64,000 nucleotides of DNA from Escherichia phage BYEP01. Position 1 is the first letter of the stretch. Every line of letters begins with the position of its first letter. The notes beneath the pieces were generated by a model. The model saw nothing but the letters and a program-made list of their open reading frames with translations. It ran no database searches and was not told where the DNA came from. The stretch lies in the sequence record OR757453.1; one strand, written 5' to 3'. Positions 1 to 10,445 of the stretch are shown here, one piece after another. Both the position numbers and the translations under genes were made by a program.

Positions 1-3000
1 TGGTAAAGCACCGATATCAGATGGTTGAGGAGGGTTACCTCCATCAAATACCTGAACAAAACTCGACCAAGAGTTTTTGGTTTTCTGCCATGTACGTGTC
101 CAACGGGTTGTACGTGCTTCTGGAGTTGTTGGATAAGTAATCCAATCTTGGTAAAGCGAATCAAGTGTGTTACCAAACTGAGTCAGTGTACCAGGAGATT
201 TAACTTCTTCGCCACGTTCTAAGTATGGAAGCCCAGTCACTTCATTAGTTTTTTCAACCATTTTAAAATAACCCGGGAACTGGTTATAAGTGGCCGAATC
301 GTTAATATCAATTGACCAGAATCCTACAGTATCAGATGTTGGTGCACGGGTATATAAATCAGATGTTTTATTACCCTGAGAACGAATTCTCGAGTTAACA
401 GTTAAGCCACCTGAGTTTATAGTAACACCTTTGGCAACGATTAAGCCTTCACCAATCGTTACTTGACCAGATGCATTGTTAATAGCTAAAGGACGTAATC
501 CATTAAATCCGCCAGTCTGATCACCAGATGTAGTGAGCATAAAATATGTGCTCACGCCATCATTCCTGATAAAGAATCCATAATTACCATTTATTGCTCT
601 AAAGGCATTTGCTGATTTACTGGTGAATTCGCCATTAGCAGTAACTGAACGACCGAATGTTGCAACGCCATTCACATTCATCAAACCGGAAGCATTAATA
701 TTTATTGGCATTACAGTACCATTAATGCTAAACGCTATATTCCCGTCTTTATTACGTTGAGAATAAAAGTGATAAGATGTTTCATCACCAACTTCAAATA
801 CAGTAGAACGTGCTGTATCTGATCCGCCACCAAACTGATTTCCCCAAACTTTGATAGCCATCGTCTGCGCTGGGTTAGTTCCAGTCTGAGGTCCTTTCTC
901 AAAAATCAGACGAGTTGCCGTTCCAGTATTAGAAATAGTTAATGTACTATTTGCCGAAACTGATCCACCAAACGTAGCAGTACTAAATGATACAAGAGGG
1001 GCACTCAGATTCATTTGTTGGGTTAAGGTTAGTGAACCATTAACCGTCTGTGCAATATCCCTACGAATGAACTGAGATGAATCTAGACCATCCAATAAAT
1101 TTGTATCAGCAGCTTTTGCTTTTAACGGCAAATAATTTGCTAATACACGGTTTAATTCATATGGTGATACCGCATAGCTATTTTTCTCATATGATTCTAA
1201 TGGCTGTGTTGAACCTACCGTATCATTACCAACGAATGTAATTGAACCAGATGAAGTTTTAACAAAACCTCTTATCGCAGTAGTAGCTGCCCAGGTAGGT
1301 TCACTCTGCACAATCCATTTTAAATTTTTTGGAGATACAGCAGTATTTGCTGACGTTCCAGTCACAGTTTCAGACTGAGTTGCAACTTTAATAACACCTT
1401 CTTGTGCTTCAGTAGATTTAGTACCTAAAAGCTTTTTAGGAGTTATTAAAACATTATCTAATTTTCCTGCAGCAGCTTCAACTTGTGTAGCTACGCGAAG
1501 TGTACCACGCTGTGTCTCATTTGCTTCAAGAATATTAAGTGTATAATGGTCCCAGAGAGTTCCTGATTCAACTAATCCAGATAGAGCAACAACAGAAGTA
1601 CGATCAGTACTATTAAATCTGGTTTTAATTTTTAATGGTGTAGAGATACGAGTATCGTCGACGCCTGCGTCGAATTCAACTTGTGTAGCAATTTCAGCTA
1701 TACCGCTTAAACTTTCAGTTGCTTTACGGTCATTTAAAGTTTTAGGAGTGACTGCACGAGTATAATCAGTTCCTGTATTAACTTCACTTTGCGTAGCAAT
1801 TTCAATTAAACCAATTCTTCCATCAGTTGATGTCTTTTTATGTAACGTTTCTGGCGTTACAACAGCATTTGCCCATCCTTGCTGACTTTGTCCAGCAATT
1901 ACTTCACTTTCAACTGCTAAAATTACTGCACCTTGCTGTGTTGGAGTAGCTTTATACTGATCCAAAGCTTTAGGTGAAACAACTAAATTATTAGTGTTTT
2001 TATTATAAACATTCGTACCATTTAATTCACGGCTAGAAGCTGGAGTAGCACCTGCAGTAGATACAAAAGTTACAATACCAGATAATGATTCAGAACCTTG
2101 ACGAGCTTGAAGCTTTTTAGGAGTGATGATTGTAGTATCATCAGTACCTGCGTTAGTTTCTTGCTGCGTCGCAATTTCAGCAACACCTCTGCGAGTTTCT
2201 GTAGCAGTTCTTTCATTCAGCTTTTTAGGAGTAATGATAAGATCATCAGCAAAAGAGAATGTGGTGTTCTGATTCACTTGAGCAGTAGTTGCTATTCTTG
2301 CAATACCTCTACGAGTTTCAGTAGCAGTACGATTAGCTAACGTTTCTGGAGTAATTGCTAATTCTTTTTGTGGAGAATTTTCTAAATCGACATTAGCTTG
2401 AGCTTGTGTAGCTAAAGCAATTACGCCTAATCTCGCTCTAGTAGAATCATTTAAAGAATCAACTCTTTCTACGGTTGGAACGTTTTGCTGTACTACCCAG
2501 TATTTTCCGTCAGAATCTTCTATATAAGCAAGCTCTAAAACTGGAACATAATTAGTTTCACCGTTAAAAACTAATTCTTGAACAGTTACCCATTCAGCTT
2601 CAGGTGGATATTCTGAACGTTTTGGGAATTGCAGCAATTGAACTGAAGAAGCAATTTTATCTTCACCGGCAGCTTTGATTTTAACTGTTTGTCCTTTTCT
2701 CATGTAATTCATGGAAATTTTAACAGTATCACCAACAGAAATATTAGTTGGAAGCTTAAGCTCAATTGTCTGAGCTGTTCCGTTATTCGCACCAAATACC
2801 ATAACTTCTTCATTTGGACGAATATTTGAATTAGTTGTTATAATACGTAAACGTGCTTTATTATCCCCGTCAAACAATCTCCACAATTTTTCATTATCAT
2901 CAAACATCAAGAAACCGTCAATCGTTGTACGGCCTTCAATGGAATGAGTTCCAACTTCTTGTATTGAAGTCGTTTCATCGTATGTAGTAACAATTGTATG

Positions 3001-3756
3001 ATAAAGCGGATTTAGTTTATCTAAATCGACGAAATTAATAATATCGCCATGATTAGCAAATCTTGGAAGTTTAACATTAATTGGTGCAGCAGAAGTAAAT
3101 CTACGCACGATAAAATCGTTGGATTGCGCTTGATAAGTATTCGCTGGTGTTACAACTACAGCTTCTCTACTATAATCAGCAACATACATTTGCCACAGAC
3201 GATTACTAAAAATTAAAACTATCTGCGATTTTGGATGAGTCATTAGTACTGAACGTACTTGCTCGCCTCTAAAGTTTACAATACTTTGCACTGGAGCTAC
3301 AATTAAAACTTGGTTAACTCCAGGTTTTCCTCCAATATCTTGGAGAATGATAGTATCACCATCAATTGGGGTAGATGGCAAAGTAAATGTAATATCATTA
3401 CCAGCTGCAGTGTTAACCGAAATAGCTTCACCAGATTTTAATTGATATGAACCAGATGAAACTGTAATCCAGTTAGCATCAGTACGCAATGCTCTCCAGC
3501 GTCCGCTATTAAAAGCTCCTGCCGGTTTTGGAATATCATTTATAGCAGCCCAAAAGCGGTTATCATAAATGATTACAAAATCTTTTAAATATCCACGAGT
3601 TGGATCATATTGTTGAACTGTGTTTTCTTGAATTAAGTAATCAACGTTAACACCGTCAGTTCCTACGGTACGATCAGCTAAAGCTACGTTGATTATTTTA
3701 TCGCCACCTGCGTCCAGACCATCTTCTGCTCTGAACTTTCTTTTAATCTCGGCCAT
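1..3756 (-). CDS. 34: long tail fiber proximal subunit gp34, partial (C-terminal ~40 codons lie beyond window start)
   Basis: Minus-strand frame open from window edge to ATG at 3756 (rc of cat 3754-3756); translated N-terminus MAEIKRKFRAEDGLDAGGDKIINVALADRTVGTDGVNVDYLIQ recognised as T4 gp34; missing from ORF track only because no in-window stop. Confidence 0.9.
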   Translation of the reverse strand, partial: MAEIKRKFRAEDGLDAGGDKIINVALADRTVGTDGVNVDYLIQENTVQQYDPTRGYLKDFVIIYDNRFWAAINDIPKPAGAFNSGRWRALRTDANWITVSSGSYQLKSGEAISVNTAAGNDITFTLPSTPIDGDTIILQDIGGKPGVNQVLIVAPVQSIVNFRGEQVRSVLMTHPKSQIVLIFSNRLWQMYVADYSREAVVVTPANTYQAQSNDFIVRRFTSAAPINVKLPRFANHGDIINFVDLDKLNPLYHTIVTTYDETTSIQEVGTHSIEGRTTIDGFLMFDDNEKLWRLFDGDNKARLRIITTNSNIRPNEEVMVFGANNGTAQTIELKLPTNISVGDTVKISMNYMRKGQTVKIKAAGEDKIASSVQLLQFPKRSEYPPEAEWVTVQELVFNGETNYVPVLELAYIEDSDGKYWVVQQNVPTVERVDSLNDSTRARLGVIALATQAQANVDLENSPQKELAITPETLANRTATETRRGIARIATTAQVNQNTTFSFADDLIITPKKLNERTATETRRGVAEIATQQETNAGTDDTTIITPKKLQARQGSESLSGIVTFVSTAGATPASSRELNGTNVYNKNTNNLVVSPKALDQYKATPTQQGAVILAVESEVIAGQSQQGWANAVVTPETLHKKTSTDGRIGLIEIATQSEVNTGTDYTRAVTPKTLNDRKATESLSGIAEIATQVEFDAGVDDTRISTPLKIKTRFNSTDRTSVVALSGLVESGTLWDHYTLNILEANETQRGTLRVATQVEAAAGKLDNVLITPKKLLGTKSTEAQEGVIKVATQSETVTGTSANTAVSPKNLKWIVQSEPTWAATTAIRGFVKTSSGSITFVGNDTVGSTQPLESYEKNSYAVSPYELNRVLANYLPLKAKAADTNLLDGLDSSQFIRRDIAQTVNGSLTLTQQMNLSAPLVSFSTATFGGSVSANSTLTISNTGTATRLIFEKGPQTGTNPAQTMAIKVWGNQFGGGSDTARSTVFEVGDETSYHFYSQRNKDGNIAFSINGTVMPININASGLMNVNGVATFGRSVTANGEFTSKSANAFRAINGNYGFFIRNDGVSTYFMLTTSGDQTGGFNGLRPLAINNASGQVTIGEGLIVAKGVTINSGGLTVNSRIRSQGNKTSDLYTRAPTSDTVGFWSIDINDSATYNQFPGYFKMVEKTNEVTGLPYLERGEEVKSPGTLTQFGNTLDSLYQDWITYPTTPEARTTRWTRTWQKTKNSWSSFVQVFDGGNPPQPSDIGALP

Positions 3757-3790
3757 TCTCCCGGGCTCCTATTGTGTTTTCAATAATAAG

Positions 3791-3798
3791 TATTTATA
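3791..3798 (-). promoter_or_regulatory. T4-type late promoter (TATAAATA) upstream of gene 34
   Basis: Plus-strand tatttata = minus-strand TATAAATA about 35 nt upstream of gene 34 ATG. Confidence 0.6.
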
Positions 3799-3801
3799 CT
3801 T

Positions 3802-3829
3802 GTTTACTTTAAGATTTGGATGGTATAAT
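3802..3829 (+). promoter_or_regulatory. early sigma70-type promoter-like element upstream of rnh
   Basis: GTTTAC (3802-3807), 16-nt spacer, TATAAT (3824-3829), 30 nt upstream of rnh ATG. Confidence 0.45.
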
Positions 3830-3858
3830 AGAAATCTCACTAATTGAACGAGGTTCAT

Positions 3859-4776
3859 ATGGATTTAGAAATGATGCTGGATGAAGATTACAAAGAAGGA
3901 ATCTGCTTAATTGACTTTAGTCAAATTGCGCTTTCAACTGCTCTGGTAAACTTCCCAGATAAAGAAAAAATTAATTTATCAATGGTTCGTCATTTGATAT
4001 TGAACTCAATTAAGTTTAATGTCAAAAAAGCAAAAACTCTTGGATACACTAAGATTGTATTGTGTATTGATAACGCGAAATCTGGATACTGGCGTCGTGA
4101 TTTCGCTTATTATTATAAGAAAAACCGTGGAAAAGCACGAGAAGAATCTACTTGGGACTGGGAAGGTTATTTTGAATCCAGTCATAAAGTTATAGATGAA
4201 TTGAAAGCTTATATGCCATACATTGTTATGGATATTGATAAGTATGAAGCAGATGACCATATTGCCGTGCTTGTTAAAAAGTTCTCCTTAGAAGGACATA
4301 AAATTTTAATCATTTCATCGGATGGTGACTTTACTCAACTTCACAAATATCCAAATGTTAAGCAATGGTCACCGATGCACAAGAAATGGGTTAAAATTAA
4401 AAGCGGTTCTGCTGAAATTGACTGTATGACTAAAATCCTTAAAGGCGACAAAAAGGATAACGTTGCTTCAGTTAAAGTACGATCTGACTTTTGGTTTACC
4501 AGAGTTGAAGGTGAACGAACTCCTTCAATGAAAACCTCTATTGTTGAAGCTATTGCTAATGACCGCGAGCAAGCTAAGGTGCTTCTCACTGAATCTGAAT
4601 ATAATCGATATAAAGAAAATTTAGTTCTAATTGATTTTGATTATATTCCTGATAATATTGCTTCAAACATTGTGAATTACTATAATTCATATAAATTACC
4701 ACCGCGTGGCAAAATTTATTCATATTTTGTAAAAGCGGGTCTTTCTAAATTAACTAATAGCATTAACGAATTTTGA
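3859..4776 (+). CDS. rnh: RNase H / 5'-3' exonuclease (305 aa)
   Basis: ORF-track 3844..4776 begins at TTG; internal ATG at 3859 gives MDLEMMLDEDYKEGICLIDFSQ..., recognised as T4 RNase H. Confidence 0.95.
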   Translation: MDLEMMLDEDYKEGICLIDFSQIALSTALVNFPDKEKINLSMVRHLILNSIKFNVKKAKTLGYTKIVLCIDNAKSGYWRRDFAYYYKKNRGKAREESTWDWEGYFESSHKVIDELKAYMPYIVMDIDKYEADDHIAVLVKKFSLEGHKILIISSDGDFTQLHKYPNVKQWSPMHKKWVKIKSGSAEIDCMTKILKGDKKDNVASVKVRSDFWFTRVEGERTPSMKTSIVEAIANDREQAKVLLTESEYNRYKENLVLIDFDYIPDNIASNIVNYYNSYKLPPRGKIYSYFVKAGLSKLTNSINEF

Positions 4777-4784
4777 GGTGAATA

Positions 4785-5054
4785 ATGGCTAAAAAAGAAA
4801 TGGTTGAATTTGATGAAGCTATCCACGGCGAAGATTTAGCTAAATTTATTAAAGAAGCATCTGACCATAAACTGAAAATTTCTGGTTATAATGAATTGAT
4901 TAAAGATATTCGAATTCGTGCCAAAGATGAACTTGGTGTTGATGGCAAGATGTTTAATCGTTTGTTAGCTTTGTATCATAAAGATAACCGTGATGTGTTT
5001 GAAGCTGAAACTGAAGAGGTAGTTGAACTTTATGACACAGTTTTCTCTAAATGA
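4785..5054 (+). CDS. dsbA: dsDNA-binding protein DsbA (89 aa)
   Basis: MAKKEMVEFDEAIHGEDLAKFIKEASDHKLK... recognised as T4 DsbA; RBS GAGGTG upstream. Confidence 0.9.
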   Translation: MAKKEMVEFDEAIHGEDLAKFIKEASDHKLKISGYNELIKDIRIRAKDELGVDGKMFNRLLALYHKDNRDVFEAETEEVVELYDTVFSK

Positions 5055-5370
5055 TATTCGTCCGGTCGATGAGACCGGTCTTTCAGAAAAAGAACTTTCA
5101 ATTAAGAAAGAAAAGGATGAAATAGCAAAACTTCTTGACCGCCAAGAAAATGGATTTATTATTGAAAAAATGGTAGAAGAGTTTGGAATGAGTTATCTTG
5201 AAGCTACAACAGCATTCTTAGAAGAAAATTCTATTCCTGAAACTCAATTTGCTAAATTTATTCCTTCAGGTATAATTGAAAAAATTCAGTCAGAAGCTAT
5301 TGACGAAAATCTTTTACGTCCTTCTGTTGTTCGTTGTGAAAAAACTAATACATTAGATTTTCTACTATGA
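5032..5370 (+). CDS. 33: late transcription accessory protein gp33 (112 aa)
   Basis: Track ORF 5023..5370 starts at TTG; ATG at 5032 gives MTQFSLNDIRPVDETGLSEKEL..., recognised as T4 gp33; overlaps dsbA 3' end. Confidence 0.9.
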   Translation: MTQFSLNDIRPVDETGLSEKELSIKKEKDEIAKLLDRQENGFIIEKMVEEFGMSYLEATTAFLEENSIPETQFAKFIPSGIIEKIQSEAIDENLLRPSVVRCEKTNTLDFLL

Positions 5371-6020
5371 TTAAACTCCGCATGCCTGCTGGTGGTGAAA
5401 GATACATTGATGGTAAATCAGTTTATAAATTATACTTAATGATAAAACAACATATGAATGGAAAGTATGATGTAATTAAGTATAATTGGTGCATGCGGGT
5501 GTCTGATGCCGCTTATCAAAAGCGAAGGGATAAGTATTTTTTCCAGAAGTTATCAGAAAAATATAAATTAAAGGAACTTGCTTTAATCTTTATAAGCAAT
5601 CTTGTTGCTAACCAAGATGCTTGGATTGGTGACATCTCTGACGCTGATGCACTTGTGTTTTATCGTGAATATATCGGACGCTTAAAGCAAATTAAATTTA
5701 AGTTTGAAGAAGATATTCGCAACATTTATTATTTTAGTAAAAAAGTTGAAGTTTCTGCTTTTAAAGAAATTTTTGAATATAATCCAAAAGTTCAATCAAG
5801 TTATATTTTTAAACTACTTCAATCGAATATAATTTCGTTTGAGACGTTTATCTTGCTTGATTCGTTTTTAAATATAATTGATAAACATGATGAACAGACT
5901 GATAATTTAGTCTGGAATAATTATTCTATAAAGTTAAAAGCTTATAGAAAAATTTTAAATATTGATTCACAGAAAGCTAAAAGTGTTTTTATTGAAACTG
6001 TGAAATCTTGTAAGTACTAA
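5367..6020 (+). CDS. 59: helicase loader gp59 (217 aa)
   Basis: MIKLRMPAGGERYIDGKSVYKLYLMIKQHMNGKYDVIKYNW... recognised as T4 gp59; ATGA overlap with gene 33 stop. Confidence 0.95.
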   Translation: MIKLRMPAGGERYIDGKSVYKLYLMIKQHMNGKYDVIKYNWCMRVSDAAYQKRRDKYFFQKLSEKYKLKELALIFISNLVANQDAWIGDISDADALVFYREYIGRLKQIKFKFEEDIRNIYYFSKKVEVSAFKEIFEYNPKVQSSYIFKLLQSNIISFETFILLDSFLNIIDKHDEQTDNLVWNNYSIKLKAYRKILNIDSQKAKSVFIETVKSCKY

Positions 6021-6045
6021 TTGCTTATTATAAATAGATTATAAT
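6021..6045 (+). promoter_or_regulatory. gene 32 promoter cluster: MotA-box-like TTGCTTA, late TATAAATA (6029-6036), -10 TATAAT (6040-6045)
   Basis: Motifs read directly about 75-100 nt upstream of gene 32 ATG. Confidence 0.45.
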
Positions 6046-6119
6046 TATCTCACTGACCAGCTATGAGGTCATACATCGTCATAGCACCAACTGTTAATTA
6101 AATTAAAAAGGAAATAAAA

Positions 6120-7265
6120 ATGTTTAAACGTAAATCTACTGCTGAACTCGCTGCACAAATGGCTAAACTGGCTGGAAATAAAGGTGGTTTTTCTTCTGAA
6201 GATAAAGGCGAGTGGAAACTGAAACTCGATAATGCGGGTAACGGTCAAGCAGTAATTCGTTTTCTTCCGTCTAAAAATGATGAACAAGCACCATTCGCAC
6301 TTCTTGTAAATCACGGTTTCAAGAAAAATGGTAAATGGTATATTGAAACATGCTCATCTACCTACGGTGATTACGATTCTTGCCCAGTATGTCAGTACAT
6401 CAGTAAAAATGATTTGTATAACACTGACAATAAAGAGTACGGTCTTGTTAAACGTAAAACTTCTTACTGGGCTAACATTCTTGTAGTAAAAGACCCAGCT
6501 GCTCCAGAAAATGAAGGTAAAGTATTTAAATACCGTTTCGGTAAGAAAATCTGGGATAAAATCAATGCAATGATTGCAGTTGATGTTGAAATGGGTGAAA
6601 CTCCGGTTGATGTAACTTGTCCGTGGGAAGGTGCTAACTTTGTACTGAAAGTTAAACAGGTTTCTGGATTTAGTAACTACGATGAATCTAAATTCCTGAA
6701 TCAATCTGCGATTCCAAACATTGACGATAAATCTTTCCAGAAAGAACTGTTCGAACAAATGGTTGACCTTTCTGAAATGACTTCTAAAGATAAATTCAAA
6801 TCATTTGAAGAACTGAGCACTAAATTCGGTCAAGTCATGGGAACTGCTGTGATGGGCGGTGCCGCTGCAACTGCTGCTAAGAAAGCTGATAAAGTTGCTG
6901 ATGATTTGGATGCATTCAATGTTGATGACTTCAAAACAAAAACTGAAGATGATTTTATGAGCTCAAGCTCTGGCAGTTCATCTAGTGCTGATGACACGGA
7001 CCTGGCAATACTGCTGATAGTTAAAGAGGAAAATAATATGGCTAAAGTTGATATTGACATCGTTGATTTTGAATATATTGAAGAAATTATTCGTAATCGT
7101 TATCCTGAACTTAGTATCACAAGCGTGCAAGATTCTAAGTTTTGGAGTATTCAAATCGTTATTGAAGGTCCTCTTGAAGACCTCACCCGTTTTATGGCTA
7201 ATGAATATTGTGATGGCATGGATTCTGAAGACGCAGAATTTTACATGGGACTGATTGAACAATAA
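6120..7265 (+). CDS. 32: ssDNA-binding protein gp32; frame as sequenced has no stop at the expected end and runs into the next ORF (381 codons)
   Basis: [23 protein letters not shown]...SSADDTDL recognised as T4 gp32; expected acidic tail DDLLNDL-stop replaced by [11 protein letters not shown] then in-frame ATG at 7038. Confidence 0.85.
   Translation: MFKRKSTAELAAQMAKLAGNKGGFSSEDKGEWKLKLDNAGNGQAVIRFLPSKNDEQAPFALLVNHGFKKNGKWYIETCSSTYGDYDSCPVCQYISKNDLYNTDNKEYGLVKRKTSYWANILVVKDPAAPENEGKVFKYRFGKKIWDKINAMIAVDVEMGETPVDVTCPWEGANFVLKVKQVSGFSNYDESKFLNQSAIPNIDDKSFQKELFEQMVDLSEMTSKDKFKSFEELSTKFGQVMGTAVMGGAAATAAKKADKVADDLDAFNVDDFKTKTEDDFMSSSSGSSSSADDTDLAILLIVKEENNMAKVDIDIVDFEYIEEIIRNRYPELSITSVQDSKFWSIQIVIEGPLEDLTRFMANEYCDGMDSEDAEFYMGLIEQ
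7038..7265 (+). CDS. hypothetical protein (75 aa, frd.3-position ORF) with own RBS, in frame with gene 32
   Basis: AAAGAGG (7023-7029) then ATG 7038; [25 protein letters not shown]... Confidence 0.5.
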   Translation: MAKVDIDIVDFEYIEEIIRNRYPELSITSVQDSKFWSIQIVIEGPLEDLTRFMANEYCDGMDSEDAEFYMGLIEQ

Positions 7266-7271
7266 TTATCA

Positions 7272-7289
7272 AGGGGCTATTAAGCCCCT
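7272..7289 (+). terminator. GC hairpin (AGGGGC-tattaa-GCCCCT), possible terminator or RNA stability element
   Basis: Perfect 6-bp inverted repeat read in sequence; no clean U-tract. Confidence 0.3.
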
Positions 7290-7310
7290 ATTAAAATGAG
7301 GAAAATCAAA

Positions 7311-7697
7311 ATGGAAATCGGCAAAAAATATGAGTTAAATCCACACCGTATTAAATCTTTCATTGATATTAGTTCATCAAATGCTAGTATGGTCGGCATC
7401 ATTCAAGAAAATGGTGGTTGGTTTGAAGTTAAATCAATATCAAGTTTAGATGGCTTTGATTATGTAACCGAAATCATTTGTGCTAACGGTGAAATCTATA
7501 ATGATGATGGTATGGGTGATGATTATTTTGAACTTAGTGAAGAAGAGTTTTATTGTTTCCGCGAATATAAAGAACCGACTTCTGAAGAGGATGAAGTTAA
7601 AGACAAGGTTTCTGGCGTAACAAAAATTCACTGCATTGTTGACGAAAACAATGTAGATGAAATCATTGAACTTTTGCGAAAAACTTTTAAGGCCTAA
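7311..7697 (+). CDS. hypothetical protein (128 aa; between 32 and frd)
   Basis: Track ORF 7296..7697; GAGG RBS precedes internal ATG at 7311 (MEIGKKYELNPHRIK...). Confidence 0.6.
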   Translation: MEIGKKYELNPHRIKSFIDISSSNASMVGIIQENGGWFEVKSISSLDGFDYVTEIICANGEIYNDDGMGDDYFELSEEEFYCFREYKEPTSEEDEVKDKVSGVTKIHCIVDENNVDEIIELLRKTFKA

Positions 7698-7698
7698 T

Positions 7699-7959
7699 AT
7701 GACTAAAGATGATTTCCTGGATGCGGTAGAAAAAGCTAGTGAGAAATTTGAAGTGATGGGTGTACGGGTCCATAAAGACAGAAATTACGGGCTCGATATT
7801 CAAACGTATTCGTTATGGCTTGTGGGTGAACACAGTCTTGTAACCAGTTTAGTTATGGGTGTCGATACCTATCCTCTATTGGTTAAGTTCAGAAGTATGG
7901 AAAAGGCTACTAAAGAAATGATTAAGCTTGGTAAGTGGCTCGATAAAATTCAAAAATAA
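7699..7959 (+). CDS. hypothetical protein (86 aa; between 32 and frd)
   Basis: Track ORF 7657..7959; non-overlapping ATG at 7699 (MTKDDFLDAVEKASEKF...) preceded by AAGG. Confidence 0.55.
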   Translation: MTKDDFLDAVEKASEKFEVMGVRVHKDRNYGLDIQTYSLWLVGEHSLVTSLVMGVDTYPLLVKFRSMEKATKEMIKLGKWLDKIQK

Positions 7960-7961
7960 TT

Positions 7962-7996
7962 GTTTACAACAGGCTATGGTAGTGATACTATAGCCT
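7962..7996 (+). promoter_or_regulatory. early-promoter-like element GTTTAC...TACTAT with 7-bp inverted repeat (AGGCTAT/ATAGCCT) around the -10 region
   Basis: GTTTAC 7962-7967; inverted repeat 7971-7977 / 7990-7996. Confidence 0.4.
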
Positions 7997-8016
7997 TATC
8001 AACTAAGGAGAATAAA

Positions 8017-8259
8017 ATGAGATTACAACGTCAGAGCATTAAAGATTCAGAAGTTAGAGGTAAATGGTATTTTAATATCATCGGTAAAGATTCTGAACTT
8101 GTTGAAAAAGCTGAACATCTTTTACGTGGTATGGGATGGGAAGATGAATGTGATGGATGCCCTCTTTATGAGGATGGAGAAAGCGCAGGATTCTGGATTT
8201 ACCATTCTGACGTTGAACAGTTTAAAGCTGATTGGAAAATTGTGAAAAGGTCTGTTTAA
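8017..8259 (+). CDS. hypothetical protein (80 aa; between 32 and frd)
   Basis: Track ORF 7960..8259 starts at TTG inside the promoter; AAGGAG RBS then ATG 8017 (MRLQRQSIKDSEVRGKWYFN...). Confidence 0.65.
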   Translation: MRLQRQSIKDSEVRGKWYFNIIGKDSELVEKAEHLLRGMGWEDECDGCPLYEDGESAGFWIYHSDVEQFKADWKIVKRSV

Positions 8260-8269
8260 GGAAAATAAT

Positions 8270-9298
<1,029 letters not shown>

Positions 9299-9299
<1 letters not shown>

Positions 9300-9847
9300 T
9301 GAAACAATACCAATTTTTAATTAAAGATATCCTGGAAAATGGCTATGAAACTGATGATCGAACAGGCACAGGAACAATTGCTCTGTTCGGTACTAAATTA
9401 CGCTGGGATTTAACTAAAGGTTTTCCTGCAGTAACGACTAAGAAGCTCGCCTGGAAAGCTTGTATTGCTGAGCTCCTTTGGTTTTTATCAGGAAGTACTA
9501 ACGTAAATGATTTACGATTAATTCAGCATAATTCATTAATTCAAGGTAAAACAGTCTGGGATGAAAATTACGAAAACCAAGCAAAAGATTTAGGATATCA
9601 TAGTGGTGAACTTGGTCCAATTTATGGAAAACAATGGCGTGATTTTGGTGGTGTAGATCAAATTGTAGAAGTTATTGATCGTATTAAAAAACTACCAAAT
9701 GATAGGCGTCAAATCGTTTCAGCATGGAATCCAGCTGAACTTAAATATATGGCATTACCGCCCTGTCATATGTTCTATCAGTTTAATGTGCGTAATGGTT
9801 ATCTTGACCTTCAGTGGTATCAACGATCAGTAGATGTTTTCTTGGGT
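9299..9847 (+). CDS. td: thymidylate synthase, exon 1 (183 codons)
   Basis: Track ORF 9287..9850 starts at TTG; ATG 9299 gives MKQYQFLIKDILENGYETDDRTGTGTIALFG...QRSVDVFLG, recognised as T4 Td exon 1; TAA at 9848-9850 is the first intron triplet. Confidence 0.93.
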
Positions 9848-10110
9848 TAATTGAGGCCTGAGTATAAGGTGACTTATACTTGTAATCTATCTAAACGGGG
9901 GACCTCTCTAGTAGACAATCCCGTGCTAAATGTGTAGGACTTTGGTTCTACCTAAATGCCTAACGACTATCCCTTTAGGGAGTAGGGTCAAGTGACTCGA
10001 AACGATAGACATCTTGCTTCATCAAGATGGAGATATAGTCTGATCTGTATGGTGACATGCAGCTGGATATAATTCCGGGATAAGATTAACGACCTTATCT
10101 GAACATAATG
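9848..10110 (+). ncRNA. group I self-splicing intron in td, ORF-less (263 nt; no I-TevI reading frame)
   Basis: Starts TAATTGAGGCCTGAGTATAAGGTGAC..., ends ...GAACATAATG; contains GGGTCAAGTGACTCGAAACGATAGAC and GAGATATAGTCTG core elements recalled from the T4 td intron; flanking exons join into one TS frame. Confidence 0.85.
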
Positions 10111-10422
10111 CTTCCATTTAATATTGCATCATATGCTGCATTAGTTCATATTGTAGCTAAGATGTGTAATCTTATTCCAGGAGATTTGATATTTTCTGGC
10201 GGTAATACTCATATCTATATGAATCACGTAGAACAATGTAAAGAAATTTTGCGTCGTGAACCTAAAGAGCTTTGTGAACTGGTAATAGGCGGATTGCCTT
10301 ATAAATTCCGCTATCTTTCTACTAAAGAACAATTGGAATATGTTCTTAAACTCAGGCCTAAAGATTTCGTTCTTAAAGGTTACGAATCACACCCTCCTAT
10401 TAAAGGAAAAATGGCGGTGTAA
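10111..10422 (+). CDS. td: thymidylate synthase, exon 2 (103 codons)
   Basis: LPFNIASYAALVHIVAKMCNLIPGDLIFSGGNTHIYMNHVEQCKEILRREPKEL... continues Td; the track ATG at 10108 is the last three intron nt. Confidence 0.93.
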   Translation, partial: LPFNIASYAALVHIVAKMCNLIPGDLIFSGGNTHIYMNHVEQCKEILRREPKELCELVIGGLPYKFRYLSTKEQLEYVLKLRPKDFVLKGYESHPPIKGKMAV

Positions 10423-10445
10423 TTAATTATTAATTGTGAGGATAT

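Noticed and set aside
4006-4589. Minus-strand ORFs (84 and 82 aa) inside rnh
   Set aside because: Antisense shadow ORFs within a recognised gene; no RBS.
7960-8016. TTG-initiated N-terminal extensions reported by the ORF track (also at 3844, 5023, 7296, 7657, 9287, 15689, 16140, 24081, 25174, and minus-strand 39799, 51283, 55967, 58976)
   Set aside because: Each extension starts at TTG or GTG inside a promoter or upstream gene; an ATG with proper SD spacing exists downstream and gives the N-terminus of the recognised T4 protein.
10108-10110. ATG reported by the ORF track as the start of a 104-aa ORF
   Set aside because: These three bases are the last nucleotides of the td intron (...CATAATG); the ORF is td exon 2, not an independent gene.
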